Notes: generated by a model from the letters alone, not told the origin. DNA of 64,000 bases from a virus (IMGVR_UViG_3300024269_000002), one strand, 5' to 3'. Shown: positions 1 to 9,474, counted from the first letter of the stretch. A program made the numbers and translations.

Positions 1-600
1 CAAGTTAGGTATTAGCTGGTGACTGTTACAAACCTTGGAAAGACCAACAAGGAAGTTTGCGTTGATCCCTCAGCAATGAGGAGTATAAGATAAGGTCGGA
101 GGTGCGAGTAGCTCAAACGCAGTCGACTTAAGATGAAAAAATGCTATAAAGAGCTTGTAGATAGTAATAGAAAGTTACTAATATCAAATTTCTGAATGGC
201 GAGTGAAAGTTGCAAGTAATCAGTCTTGTACAGGAATTATAATGGAGAACGGTGAGTGAGCCTTAAGGTCAAGCCGATGGCTCCTCAAGGAAGTTGGAAG
301 GCTTCTGGGGCAAGAAGTTTATAGTGGACGCATTGTAAGCTCAGACTTGTCTCCCTGTTGATCGAATATGGTTGAAGGCTAAACAGTTGGTAAGGCGAAG
401 GCCTGTTGATGAACTTATATATTTTACTATGTGCTTGTCGTGCGTTTTCATTCCTCCTTTCGTGATAACGAGCTTGTCGATTATTCGGCGAGCTCGTTAT
501 TTGTTTGTTTATTTCTACAATAACTGTTTGTTTATAGTTGATAGTTTCTTAGATCTACTATATAATAAGAATGTAAAATATGATATGGAGGCGTATTCAT

Positions 601-870
601 ATGGATGAAATCAAATATGCAAAGTGTTCTTTTAACAAGGCAACAGGTCAAATTGAAGATTCTGATCTGGAATGGCTGGAAGGAACAGAGGAGTCCGCTT
701 GTAAGTCTGTTCGAGATGACAGCACTACTTGTGTCCTATTTTTCCCCAAAGATGTTCCTGGTAAGGGTCATCCGGTTATTCCAGAGGTGTCCAGAGCTAT
801 GTTTGAAGTAGATCCTGCTATCTATGGTGTCTGTTACTACAAGGGGTGGAGTGGCTATGTGTTTGAGTGA
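601..870 (+). CDS. hypothetical protein (89 aa)
   Basis: ORF with GGAGG RBS about 9 nt upstream of the ATG at 601; region is otherwise ORF-poor. Confidence 0.4.
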   Translation: MDEIKYAKCSFNKATGQIEDSDLEWLEGTEESACKSVRDDSTTCVLFFPKDVPGKGHPVIPEVSRAMFEVDPAIYGVCYYKGWSGYVFE

Positions 871-1099
871 TGAGAATGTTAATCTTCGTCATATCTTCAA
901 GATTGAAATTTACAACAGCATTGGTCCTTTTGAACAGGACGAGGTAATTCTTTACAATGCGGATAAGATTGATGAAGAAACTGCCCTTCAAGTTGTAAGT
1001 GCAGGAGCACATAGTAAGTATGTGCTGCACATGAGTAAGCGACATTTTGAAGCTCTATTTTTGAACAAGGAGTGTGACGACAGATGTCTTTTGGTATGA
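854..1099 (+). CDS. hypothetical protein
   Basis: ORF in track (824..1099); internal ATG at 854 preceded by a GGTGGAG RBS-like sequence. Confidence 0.35.
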   Translation, partial: AMCLSDENVNLRHIFKIEIYNSIGPFEQDEVILYNADKIDEETALQVVSAGAHSKYVLHMSKRHFEALFLNKECDDRCLLV

Positions 1100-1521
1100 T
1101 ACAGTACAAGAGTCCTTTTAGACCTGTTCCTCGTGATCGTAATCATGTTTGCGGATTTTGTGGAACGCGTGTTGATGTCAAGTACTCTTACGATGTTGAC
1201 TCGTCCGATAAATATCCTGAAGCGTCAAGGGAGACTGAAACATCTATCTACAGTTGCAGTTCATGCACTCTTAGACGGATGTTTACTTTTCCAAACCATC
1301 AATTTGAATATGATTTCAATATTGCAGATCCGTACAAGTTCATGTCTACTCTTCAGCGCATGTACAAAGATCTAGAAACTCAGAAAACTTTGTTTCACAA
1401 AACTTGGGTATACTGTTACGGCTGTAAAGCTTATGTTAGAGTTGAAGACTCTATTGTGACAAAAGATGAAGATCAGGATGTACTGAAATGCGCTACATGT
1501 GATTCTATCTTGAGGGATTGA
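1084..1521 (+). CDS. zinc-ribbon protein (CxxC...CxxC pairs)
   Basis: 145-aa ORF; CGFCG and CSSC...CYGC...CATC cysteine pairs. Confidence 0.45.
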   Translation: MSFGMIQYKSPFRPVPRDRNHVCGFCGTRVDVKYSYDVDSSDKYPEASRETETSIYSCSSCTLRRMFTFPNHQFEYDFNIADPYKFMSTLQRMYKDLETQKTLFHKTWVYCYGCKAYVRVEDSIVTKDEDQDVLKCATCDSILRD

Positions 1522-1829
1522 GAATGAAAAGAATTCTATTACTGAGTTTGCTGATACTGATTATGATGTTTCTGTGTGCGTGTGATTCTACAATGGATAC
1601 CGTAACAACTGTTACTACTGGAAATATCCATGTGGAAAGACACTATCAAGATAACGGTGACTTGGTCTGCATCAAAGAGACAAACACAGAAACTGGAGTT
1701 ATTGTTACTACATATTTTTACTGGCAACATGATCAACACGGACGCCGTACTCTTTCTGGAACTGAATGTATTACTGTTGATGGTGATGGTAAGATTGTAG
1801 CTCACGAGTTTAGTCCAGGGCATAGTTGA
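1518..1829 (+). CDS. putative lipoprotein
   Basis: N-terminal signal peptide MRMKRILLLSLLILIMMFLCAC with lipobox-like LCAC; ATGA overlap with the upstream ORF. Confidence 0.55.
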   Translation: MRMKRILLLSLLILIMMFLCACDSTMDTVTTVTTGNIHVERHYQDNGDLVCIKETNTETGVIVTTYFYWQHDQHGRRTLSGTECITVDGDGKIVAHEFSPGHS

Positions 1830-1854
1830 TAAAACAGTCCTGTTACTATAATAT
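1826..1854 (+). promoter_or_regulatory. sigma-70-like promoter (TTGATA -N15/17- TATAAT) with AACAG..CTGTT element
   Basis: Matches the recurrent promoter consensus; lies upstream of the flotillin gene. Confidence 0.45.
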
Positions 1855-1891
1855 ATGTAATGTCCAAAATAAATGAACGAAAGGATGATGT

Positions 1892-3391
1892 ATGTTAACT
1901 TATCTTATCCCCGCAGCGGTAGTCGTTGCCTTGCTGATTCTGTTGTTTATTACAGGTTATGTCAAGTCACCCCCTGATACCGCTTATCTTATCAGTGGTG
2001 TTCGGAAGAAAACTGTCATTGGTAAGGCTGCTCTGAAGATTCCCTTCTTTGAGCGAATTGACAAGCTGACTCTAAAGTTGATTCCTATTGATGTGAAGAC
2101 TTCAAGCACAGTTCCTACTGCAGATTACATTGACATCAGTGTTGATGCAATCGTAAACGTCAAGATTTCAAGTAAGCCTGAACTGCTTGCTCTGGCTGCT
2201 GAAAACTTCCTAAATCAGCCGATGGATTACATTGCTCGTGTTGCTAGAGAAGTGCTGGAAGGCAACATGCGTGAAATTGTTGGTCAGATGAAGTTGGAAG
2301 AGATGGTTACTGACCGTCAGCTGTTCTCAGAAAAGGTTAAGCAGAATGCTGCTCCCGATCTGGCTGCAATGGGTCTTGAAATCGTTGCATTCAATGTTCA
2401 GAATTTCGACGATCGCAACGGCGTAATTGAGAATCTGGGTGTTGACAATGTTGAGCAGATTCGTAAAAAGGCTGCTATCGCAAAGGCTGATGCTCACAAG
2501 GAAATTGCAATTGCCGAAGCAAATGCAAGTAAGGATGCAAATGATGCTCAGGTAGCATCCGATCTGGAGATTGCTCGTAAGCGGAATGAGCTTGCTTTGG
2601 AGCAGGCTGAACTTCAGAAGAAGGCTGACATCAAGTGGGCAGAAACCGAAGCTGCAAAGGGCATTCAGGCTGAGGAACAGCGTAAGATTCTTGAGATTTC
2701 TACTGCAAATGCAAATCTGGCTAAGCAGGAGAAGGAGATTGAGCTGAAAGCTCGTGAGGTTGAGATTACTGAGCGTAGACTGGAAGCAGAAGTCAAGAAG
2801 ACTGCTGATGCAAAGAAGTACGCAGCTCAGCAGGAAGCAGATGCTAAGTTGTATGCCACTCAGAAGCAAGCTGATGCAGATCTCTTTAAGCGTCAGCGTG
2901 AAGCAGAAGCTGAGAAGTTCGAAGCAGAACAGAAGGCTGAAGCAACAAAGGCTGCATCTGATGCTCAGAAGGTTGCTATGGAAAATGAGGCAGCAGGTAT
3001 TGCAGCAAAAGGTCGTGCTGAAGCTGAAGCAATTCGAGCAAAAGCCGAAGCCGAAGCAGCTGGTATTCTGAAGAAGGCAGAAGCAATGGAACGCTATGGT
3101 GAAGCTGCAAAGATGGACATGCAGCTCCAGGCTCTCAAGGTTTACTTTGAGCAGCTTCCTGCAATGGCTCAGGCAATCGGTGAAGGCTATCAGGGTGTTG
3201 ACAAGATTGTCATGATGGGATCTGATTCCAATCAGCTGGCAAACAACATCATGAATACTACCACTCAGTTGAGTGAGGGTATGGCAGCAAGCCTCGGAAT
3301 TGATCTGAAGACTCTGCTGGCTGGTGTGCTGGGACACACTATCGGTAGTAAGTCAAGCTGCGACTGCGGCGGCAACTGCCACGAAAAGTAA
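1892..3391 (+). CDS. SPFH/band-7 flotillin-like protein (FloT/YuaG-like)
   Basis: N-terminal TM segment, SPFH core, and a long EA-rich coiled-coil (AEAEAEKFEAEQKAEATKAA...) typical of bacterial flotillins. Confidence 0.8.
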   Translation: MLTYLIPAAVVVALLILLFITGYVKSPPDTAYLISGVRKKTVIGKAALKIPFFERIDKLTLKLIPIDVKTSSTVPTADYIDISVDAIVNVKISSKPELLALAAENFLNQPMDYIARVAREVLEGNMREIVGQMKLEEMVTDRQLFSEKVKQNAAPDLAAMGLEIVAFNVQNFDDRNGVIENLGVDNVEQIRKKAAIAKADAHKEIAIAEANASKDANDAQVASDLEIARKRNELALEQAELQKKADIKWAETEAAKGIQAEEQRKILEISTANANLAKQEKEIELKAREVEITERRLEAEVKKTADAKKYAAQQEADAKLYATQKQADADLFKRQREAEAEKFEAEQKAEATKAASDAQKVAMENEAAGIAAKGRAEAEAIRAKAEAEAAGILKKAEAMERYGEAAKMDMQLQALKVYFEQLPAMAQAIGEGYQGVDKIVMMGSDSNQLANNIMNTTTQLSEGMAASLGIDLKTLLAGVLGHTIGSKSSCDCGGNCHEK

Positions 3392-3411
3392 AGCTCATCT
3401 TACATAGTAAA

Positions 3412-3447
3412 AATAAGCTCGAGATGAAACCTCGAGCTTATTTTTTA
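3412..3447 (+). terminator. rho-independent terminator
   Basis: aagctcgag/ctcgagctt stem followed by a TTTTTT tract. Confidence 0.7.
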
Positions 3448-3450
3448 TAG

Positions 3451-3479
3451 TTGATTAAACAACAGTTTCTAAATATAAT
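3451..3479 (+). promoter_or_regulatory. conserved phage promoter TTGATT-N17-TATAAT with AACAGTT spacer element
   Basis: tagTTGATTaaacAACAGTTtctaaaTATAAT. Confidence 0.6.
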
Positions 3480-3509
3480 GTTAATATAAAAGTAATGGAG
3501 GAGTTCAAT

Positions 3510-3782
3510 ATGCCAACATTTTCTGTCTTCACACCCACTTCAAATTACAAAAATTTAACATTCCTGGAAACTTTGCACACAGTAAATGAGTACATTGCAA
3601 AAACCGGCGACAATGAAATTCCAGTTATAATGTTAGAAGAAACTGGAGAAATGGTAAATCAGTATATTTTCTTCGTGGATAATGTACCTTATCAAATCAC
3701 GGACCTACTTGAATTACTTCCTTATATCCACAGATTTCACGAAATCAAAACTTGCTTCGGAATTCTGTGGTTCAATGATTAA
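3510..3782 (+). CDS. hypothetical protein
   Basis: ORF with GGAGG RBS; first gene after the promoter. Confidence 0.5.
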   Translation: MPTFSVFTPTSNYKNLTFLETLHTVNEYIAKTGDNEIPVIMLEETGEMVNQYIFFVDNVPYQITDLLELLPYIHRFHEIKTCFGILWFND

Positions 3783-3801
3783 CAGTTGGAGGTAGAGTAG
3801 A

Positions 3802-4422
3802 ATGAAACCTGAAGATTTTATCATTGGTTGTGACATGGATGACACTTTGACACATCTTGTCACACCTTGGATTCAGTATCTGAACAATAGATACGGAACA
3901 CATGTTGATCCGTACAAAGAACTTCATTGGGACATGAAAGTTCAATATCCTCAGCTGACATACGAGCAGATTTTTGAACCTCTGTTTGAAAAAGAATTCT
4001 GGAAACACGTTACGCCACTTCCTGGTGCTGTTAACATTGTTAAGAAGCTTATCGATGAGGGATTTCAATTCTATATTGTTACATCTACACACTATCGTAG
4101 TTTAGCTGATAAACTTCCTGATGTACTTTTCAAATATTTTCCGTTCATCGATAGACACAATGTCATCATTACATACAACAAACAGCTGATCAACTGTCAT
4201 GTTCTGATTGATGATGGTACACATAACATTGTTGGTCCGTACAAAGGATTGCTGATGGACGCTCAGCACAACAAGTCTTTCAAAGAAACAGATTTTGACA
4301 ATGTGAAACGAATTTACAGCTGGGCTGAAGCATACGAAGAAGTTCATAAAATCTATAATCAGTATAAGGAGAGTGTCTATGACGATAAGCCAGATTATTC
4401 AGTTATGGATGAAGCACACTGA
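3802..4422 (+). CDS. 5'(3')-deoxyribonucleotidase (NT5C/HAD family)
   Basis: HAD motif I at the N-terminus (GCDMDDTLT) and overall similarity to the phage/bacterial deoxynucleotidase pattern. Confidence 0.7.
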   Translation: MKPEDFIIGCDMDDTLTHLVTPWIQYLNNRYGTHVDPYKELHWDMKVQYPQLTYEQIFEPLFEKEFWKHVTPLPGAVNIVKKLIDEGFQFYIVTSTHYRSLADKLPDVLFKYFPFIDRHNVIITYNKQLINCHVLIDDGTHNIVGPYKGLLMDAQHNKSFKETDFDNVKRIYSWAEAYEEVHKIYNQYKESVYDDKPDYSVMDEAH

Positions 4423-6364
4423 TTATGATCCTGATAGAAAATCTTTCTATCTCGGATCTATGATAAGCGAGGCTCATACTTGCACTAAGCTCATGTCAGA
4501 ACTGAGCAACGAATATGACAATTCAGGTATGCTTGCTGTTCTGTACGCTAAGAGCTGTTATGAAGATATGTTACACGGATTCCGTATCAATCTTGAAGAG
4601 TTTGTTAAGGACAAAACTGTAATTCAAGAATACTGGAATATGTGGGATGCATTCAATTCCCCTGTTGTTAAGGAAGCTGAAGACCATCTGATTCAAATCT
4701 TCAATGCTCTTGTAGCTAAAGTGTCCGGATGTAAGCTTCTTGGAGCTGGTAATCGGGAAGAGGATCTTCAGCTGCTCTACAGCAGTGTTTCTAAAGTAAC
4801 AGAATCCTTGTGTAAATGCAAAGTGGAATCATTCCTGAAGGGCGCACCGTGTCTCGGCGAATTGAATCATGTAAGTGGAATCATTGAGGTGTTCCCTACT
4901 CTTGCACAATGTCTAAGAACTGTTGAGTGCAGAGTTGATGGTGTGTATATTGCTTACATATCTCAGTACAACTCTGCTGGTGGTTATTTTACATTCATTC
5001 TCAAGAGTAACGGCAATATCATTTCTATCAATGATCGTATTGATGAAACATATATCGGTCAGCACGGAAACAGCCGTAACGGTAGATGGACCGAAAAGGC
5101 TCTGTTTGATCTTTTTCCTTATGACGAGATCTTGAAGTTTAGCTCTTACGACTATAAGGGCTATGCCACTAAGTGGGATGTTAAAGAAATTGAGGATGCT
5201 GGTTTCCCGCTGAAAAATCTCACGCAAGAATCTTACATGGCTGTTCTTCTTGCCATCATTCTTATTGTTAAAAAGTATGCAGGAAGAGACATTACCGATA
5301 TTACGAGAAAGTTTGTTGACACACTGTTAACTCCGAATCTGAATCTTCTTGAAGCACATGTTGATACTACTGCACTAGTGCCTGTAACTAACAGCGCTAT
5401 TGTTGCATACACCAATGAATGGAAGCCAACCATTGATACCGCGACTGTAATGAATCCTGATAGCGGAAAGAGATTTGACTACGCCACCAACAAAGATTCA
5501 GGGAAGTCGTATGAAGAGATGGGGTGCTTCAAAGGTTTCAATCAAGAGTTTGTAGACTTGTATGGTGACGATTTTATTCTTGATCCTTCCAAAGTTTTCT
5601 ATACTCCGGATAGATTAGCTATTACCGATGGAGGAGAAACCACAATGCGCTGTGCGGAGTTTGTAGGCACAAGAGAAAAATTTGATCTTGAAGTGTTTCG
5701 TCAAAGTAGAAAACAACTGGCTGATCATATTAACAAGCGTATGGTCGAAGAGTACGAAGCATTCGGTGGTCACGAGGCAGTTATGAAGTGGTTCTATGGT
5801 CTTGTTATCTCAAACAAGGAAAAACTTACACAGCTTGCTCTTGATGAATGGACTGCAATCATGGTTGATAAAACAAAGCATAACTATGAGTCTTCTCCTG
5901 GTTGGATACCTTGTTCTAGAGAACTTCATACAAGCATTCGAGAGACAGGTGAGTTCTACGGCATCATCGGTCGAATGGTGAACGAACCGCAAGACCACAA
6001 AACTCATCACAGATGGGACTGCGAATGGTCGGAACACTGGAAATGTCCTGTTACTGGAACTACTGCAAATGTTTGGTTTACTTTCCTACCTTGCAGTTAC
6101 ACGGAGATTGAGAGAATTTTCGGCGTTGAGGTTCCGAAAGTTATGAAGGGCTATACCATCACAAGTAGCGTTGATGGATTTGCAAAGGGTAACAGTATTC
6201 TGGATTCTACAGATGCAGTTGCTGACGTGGATCACATCTACTCCTCCAGAAGTAAGGCAGCAAGTATGTGCAAAGATCGTCCTAACAGCAGATTTGAGTT
6301 CAGCATCGGCTTCAGTAAGCGTGGATTAAATCGACTGTTGAAAGAACGTCAAAATAACAGTTGA
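4379..6364 (+). CDS. hypothetical protein (about 660 aa)
   Basis: Long ORF; AAGGAG RBS 7 nt upstream of the ATG at 4379; overlaps the end of the previous gene. Confidence 0.6.
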   Translation: MTISQIIQLWMKHTDYDPDRKSFYLGSMISEAHTCTKLMSELSNEYDNSGMLAVLYAKSCYEDMLHGFRINLEEFVKDKTVIQEYWNMWDAFNSPVVKEAEDHLIQIFNALVAKVSGCKLLGAGNREEDLQLLYSSVSKVTESLCKCKVESFLKGAPCLGELNHVSGIIEVFPTLAQCLRTVECRVDGVYIAYISQYNSAGGYFTFILKSNGNIISINDRIDETYIGQHGNSRNGRWTEKALFDLFPYDEILKFSSYDYKGYATKWDVKEIEDAGFPLKNLTQESYMAVLLAIILIVKKYAGRDITDITRKFVDTLLTPNLNLLEAHVDTTALVPVTNSAIVAYTNEWKPTIDTATVMNPDSGKRFDYATNKDSGKSYEEMGCFKGFNQEFVDLYGDDFILDPSKVFYTPDRLAITDGGETTMRCAEFVGTREKFDLEVFRQSRKQLADHINKRMVEEYEAFGGHEAVMKWFYGLVISNKEKLTQLALDEWTAIMVDKTKHNYESSPGWIPCSRELHTSIRETGEFYGIIGRMVNEPQDHKTHHRWDCEWSEHWKCPVTGTTANVWFTFLPCSYTEIERIFGVEVPKVMKGYTITSSVDGFAKGNSILDSTDAVADVDHIYSSRSKAASMCKDRPNSRFEFSIGFSKRGLNRLLKERQNNS

Positions 6365-6389
6365 TTATTCACTTCCAATCCTTTATAAT
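6361..6389 (+). promoter_or_regulatory. conserved phage promoter TTGATT-N17-TATAAT
   Basis: aacagTTGATTattcacttccaatccttTATAAT. Confidence 0.55.
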
Positions 6390-6418
6390 ATAAACATAAA
6401 GGATTGGAGGTTTACATT

Positions 6419-6838
6419 ATGGCAATCAAAGACATCGTGAAGGATACAACTATCCTGACTCAAAAGAGTGTTCCTTTTGTTTTCGGTGAGGATGATGCAA
6501 TCATTCAGGATCTGCAGGACACTGCAACTGCTCATGAAGATAACTGTGCAGGTCTTGCAGCTATTCAGCTCGGTATTCCAAAAAGAGTCATTGTGGTCAA
6601 GGAAGGCAGTAATTTTGTTACATACATAAATCCCGTCATTGTTAAGAGAAGTCGTGAATCCTACATGGCAACGGAAGGCTGCCTCAGCTTGGAAGGTCCT
6701 CGTACTGTTAAGAGATACCGATCTGTCATGGTAAGTTATACTACTGCCAATGGCAAGAAGAGGTCCAAAACATTTAACGGTTTTGTGGCAGAAATTTTGC
6801 AGCACGAGATTGATCATTGTAACGGTGTACTTATTTGA
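6419..6838 (+). CDS. def: peptide deformylase
   Basis: All three PDF motifs present: GLAAIQLG, EGCLS, HEIDHCNG; GGAGG RBS 8 nt upstream. Confidence 0.85.
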   Translation: MAIKDIVKDTTILTQKSVPFVFGEDDAIIQDLQDTATAHEDNCAGLAAIQLGIPKRVIVVKEGSNFVTYINPVIVKRSRESYMATEGCLSLEGPRTVKRYRSVMVSYTTANGKKRSKTFNGFVAEILQHEIDHCNGVLI

Positions 6839-6854
6839 GAGGAGGAACTATTAC

Positions 6855-7196
6855 ATGACGTATGCGGAAGAGACAACAGCTGTTGTTAAGATCTGGATCG
6901 ATGATGTTCGTCCTGCTCCTCCCGGATACAAGTGGATAAAATCCACAAATGAAGCCATTCGATATCTTCAAGAATGTCAGTGGTACGATCGCTATGTTGT
7001 TGATGTCTCTCTGATCATCGATATTGATCATGATGCAGGAGATTATGCAGCTGATGGTGGTGACTACATTAAGATACTCGATTGGATGGAAAGTGAGCGT
7101 CTTGGCGCTACATTCCACATTCACTCTATGAACCCTGTTGGAGTTCAAAATATGAGAAACATCATTCAGAAAAATGGTTGGAGGGAAATGAGATGA
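6855..7196 (+). CDS. receiver-like small protein (cREC-type REC-fold, DHD..G motif)
   Basis: KIWIDDVRP...W...IDIDHDAGD...GGDYIKILDWM pattern, recalled as the cREC / cyclic-phosphate-processing receiver family; GGAGGA RBS. Confidence 0.45.
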   Translation: MTYAEETTAVVKIWIDDVRPAPPGYKWIKSTNEAIRYLQECQWYDRYVVDVSLIIDIDHDAGDYAADGGDYIKILDWMESERLGATFHIHSMNPVGVQNMRNIIQKNGWREMR

Positions 7197-7450
7197 TTAT
7201 TTTCGTCATTGCTTGGCAATTTTTTGGTGCACTTCTACTGGTCTGTATTAGCTGTCTATCGAAGGAAGGCTTCATGCGTGAGTTCACCGGATGGGAATTT
7301 GTAAATCCGTACTGGTGCTACAAATTTAACAAGCATGTGAATGTTTTCGGAGCTCTGATGCTTGCACTGATGTTTACTGCAATCTGTCCTGCTGGCGCAG
7401 TTTGTTACTGGTTCTACAAGCTCTGCACCTTCGGCAGAAGAAAGCAGTAA
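7193..7450 (+). CDS. small membrane protein
   Basis: Two to three hydrophobic TM segments; GGAGGG RBS. Confidence 0.5.
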   Translation: MIIFVIAWQFFGALLLVCISCLSKEGFMREFTGWEFVNPYWCYKFNKHVNVFGALMLALMFTAICPAGAVCYWFYKLCTFGRRKQ

Positions 7451-7488
7451 TCAATACTGAAGATTAAAATTGGAAGGTTGTGGTAAGT

Positions 7489-7671
7489 ATGTTACGAAAG
7501 TATTTTGAGAATACACGACACTATACTTGTCCAGAATGCGGTAAGGATTTCAGTTACAATTTCTTGCAGTGGTTCTGGACAATGATGCATTTTGACATCA
7601 CTCGTCACAGATATGTTAAATGTACACACTGTGGAAAGCGTCACTGGTTGCAAGCAAAGAAGGTGATGTAA
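7489..7671 (+). CDS. small zinc-ribbon protein
   Basis: CPECG...CTHCG cysteine pairs. Confidence 0.5.
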   Translation: MLRKYFENTRHYTCPECGKDFSYNFLQWFWTMMHFDITRHRYVKCTHCGKRHWLQAKKVM

Positions 7672-7674
7672 ACT

Positions 7675-8151
7675 ATGCAGTTGTTTATTTTATTTACTGC
7701 ATTAACAACTCTCAATGTCATTGTAAGCACTATCAAGTCTATTGTGACCATCAAGTCTGGAAAACTTGCTGCTGCACTTGTTAACGCGTTAGCATACGCG
7801 ATAAATACAGTTGCAATCGTCTATACTGTATGTGACTTGCCTCTGTGGTTGAAGATGCTTGTTGTAGCTGTTACAAACTTCATCGGTGTGTTCATTGTAA
7901 AGTGGGCCGAAGAAAAGGCAAGAAAGGACAGACTCTGGAAAGTTGAAGCTACATTCAATCACGATGACAACCTGATCAGAGAGCTCAAAACTTGGTCAGA
8001 AAAATATGACATAAGCACTAAGTATTCAGATATTGTGAAGTACTATGAAGTGGATTTCTATGCTAAAACCAAACACGAAAGCTCGCTCATTCGTGAATTC
8101 ATAAAGACTCACAATGGTAAGTATTTCGTTACAGAGAGTAAAGAGTTATGA
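7675..8151 (+). CDS. membrane protein
   Basis: Three N-terminal TM helices; ATGA overlap with the downstream gene. Confidence 0.5.
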   Translation: MQLFILFTALTTLNVIVSTIKSIVTIKSGKLAAALVNALAYAINTVAIVYTVCDLPLWLKMLVVAVTNFIGVFIVKWAEEKARKDRLWKVEATFNHDDNLIRELKTWSEKYDISTKYSDIVKYYEVDFYAKTKHESSLIREFIKTHNGKYFVTESKEL

Positions 8152-8366
8152 TTGAAATTGGTAAAACTTACAGATACAGTTATGATGATCATCCAACAAA
8201 TAGAAGTGCAGCAATTGTAGAGGTTGTTGGAATGTTGTCAGATGAAGTTGCAGTTGTTAAATTTCATAAGGTTTTGTGTGACCAAACTGGTAACGGTTAT
8301 TTTGAGTACCTGCAACGAAGCGGTCACACAATGAATGTTACTGCAAGTAGATTAAAACAACTGTAA
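8148..8366 (+). CDS. hypothetical small protein
   Basis: ORF translationally coupled to the upstream gene. Confidence 0.45.
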   Translation: MIEIGKTYRYSYDDHPTNRSAAIVEVVGMLSDEVAVVKFHKVLCDQTGNGYFEYLQRSGHTMNVTASRLKQL

Positions 8367-8374
8367 TTTTATAG

Positions 8375-8403
8375 TTGAATGATTCTAACTGTTACTATAT
8401 AAT
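8375..8403 (+). promoter_or_regulatory. conserved phage promoter TTGAAT-N17-TATAAT with AACTGTT
   Basis: atagTTGAATgattctAACTGTTactaTATAAT. Confidence 0.6.
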
Positions 8404-8439
8404 GATAGTATAATAAATAACCTGATGGAGGTAACTATT

Positions 8440-9393
8440 ATGGCACATGAAGTTGAGTCTCTGATGTATACTTCTAACGACAAGAACGGCCGCTTTGTTC
8501 CTTGGCATGGTCTGGGAACTCCTGTTCAGGAATCTCCTACGAGTGCTGATGCACTCAAGATTGCTGGTTTGGACTGGAGAGTTGAGGCTAAGCCGATCTA
8601 TACAAACGATGGAATCAAGATTCCTGGCTATGTTGCAAATACCCGTGACAGCGACAACAGTGTTCTGGGTGTTGTTACTGAAAAGTACAAGATCGTCCAG
8701 AACGAAGATGCTTTCGCGTTTACCGATTCTTTGATCGGTGGCGATGTTCGATACGAGACCGCAGGTAGCCTCCGTAACGGTAAGAGCACATTCCTGTTGG
8801 CTAAGCTGCCTGATACAAAGATTCTGGATGATGCTTTCGGTCAGTACCTTTGCTTTACCAACACTCATGATGGTAGCGGTGCTGTTAAGGTCATGATGAC
8901 TCCTGTTCGAGTTGTGTGCAACAATACGCTGAACCTTGCGCTCAATACTACAAAGCGCATGTGGACTTGTAAGCACATGGGCAGCATGAAAGACAAGCTG
9001 CACGAAGCTGAGGAGACTCTCGGCTTTGCTCACAAGTATATGGACAATCTGGCTGTGGTAGCAGAGCGTCTGGCAAATGTTTCTCTTCGTGATGAAGAGA
9101 TTCAGGCAATTGTTGCTGAGCTCTTTCCGATGGACGAAAACAGCTCTGATCGCACAAAGGCAAACATGCAAAAGGCGAAGCAGGAATTCATGGTGGCTTA
9201 CTACATGCCTGATATCGCGAAGTTCCGCAATACTGCATGGGGCTTGCTCAATGCAACAAGTGACTGGATGAGTCACACTTCTCCTCAGCGTAACACTCCT
9301 ACCTATCAGGAACGTAACTTCGAGCGCATCATTTGCGGTCATCCTATTCTTGATGCTATCATGAAGAAGGTTGGCGCAGGAGTTGAGACCTAA
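8440..9393 (+). CDS. DUF932 family phage/plasmid-related protein
   Basis: N-terminus MAHEVES...PWHGLGT...ADALKIAGLDW is characteristic of DUF932/TIGR03299; GC- and codon-optimised relative to neighbouring genes. Confidence 0.6.
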   Translation: MAHEVESLMYTSNDKNGRFVPWHGLGTPVQESPTSADALKIAGLDWRVEAKPIYTNDGIKIPGYVANTRDSDNSVLGVVTEKYKIVQNEDAFAFTDSLIGGDVRYETAGSLRNGKSTFLLAKLPDTKILDDAFGQYLCFTNTHDGSGAVKVMMTPVRVVCNNTLNLALNTTKRMWTCKHMGSMKDKLHEAEETLGFAHKYMDNLAVVAERLANVSLRDEEIQAIVAELFPMDENSSDRTKANMQKAKQEFMVAYYMPDIAKFRNTAWGLLNATSDWMSHTSPQRNTPTYQERNFERIICGHPILDAIMKKVGAGVET

Positions 9394-9406
9394 TCCAAAT
9401 AAACAG

Positions 9407-9435
9407 TTGATTATCTGTCAACAGGAATCTATAAT
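9407..9435 (+). promoter_or_regulatory. conserved promoter TTGATT-N17-TATAAT embedded in a 10-bp inverted repeat
   Basis: CTGTCAACAG..ctataat..CTGTTGACAG inverted repeat at 9415-9449 overlaps the -10 box. Confidence 0.55.
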
Positions 9436-9474
9436 ATAACTGTTGACAGATATTCTTTGTAAAGGAGAATCATT

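Noticed and set aside
2327-3337. 336-aa minus-strand ORF inside the flotillin gene
   Set aside because: It is Cys/Leu/Ser-rich nonsense antisense to the GCA/GAA-rich EA-repeat region. The + strand protein has clear SPFH homology.
8395-9342. 315-aa minus-strand ORF opposite the DUF932 gene
   Set aside because: It is antisense to a GC-enriched gene with clear family motifs on the + strand, and no promoter or RBS supports it.
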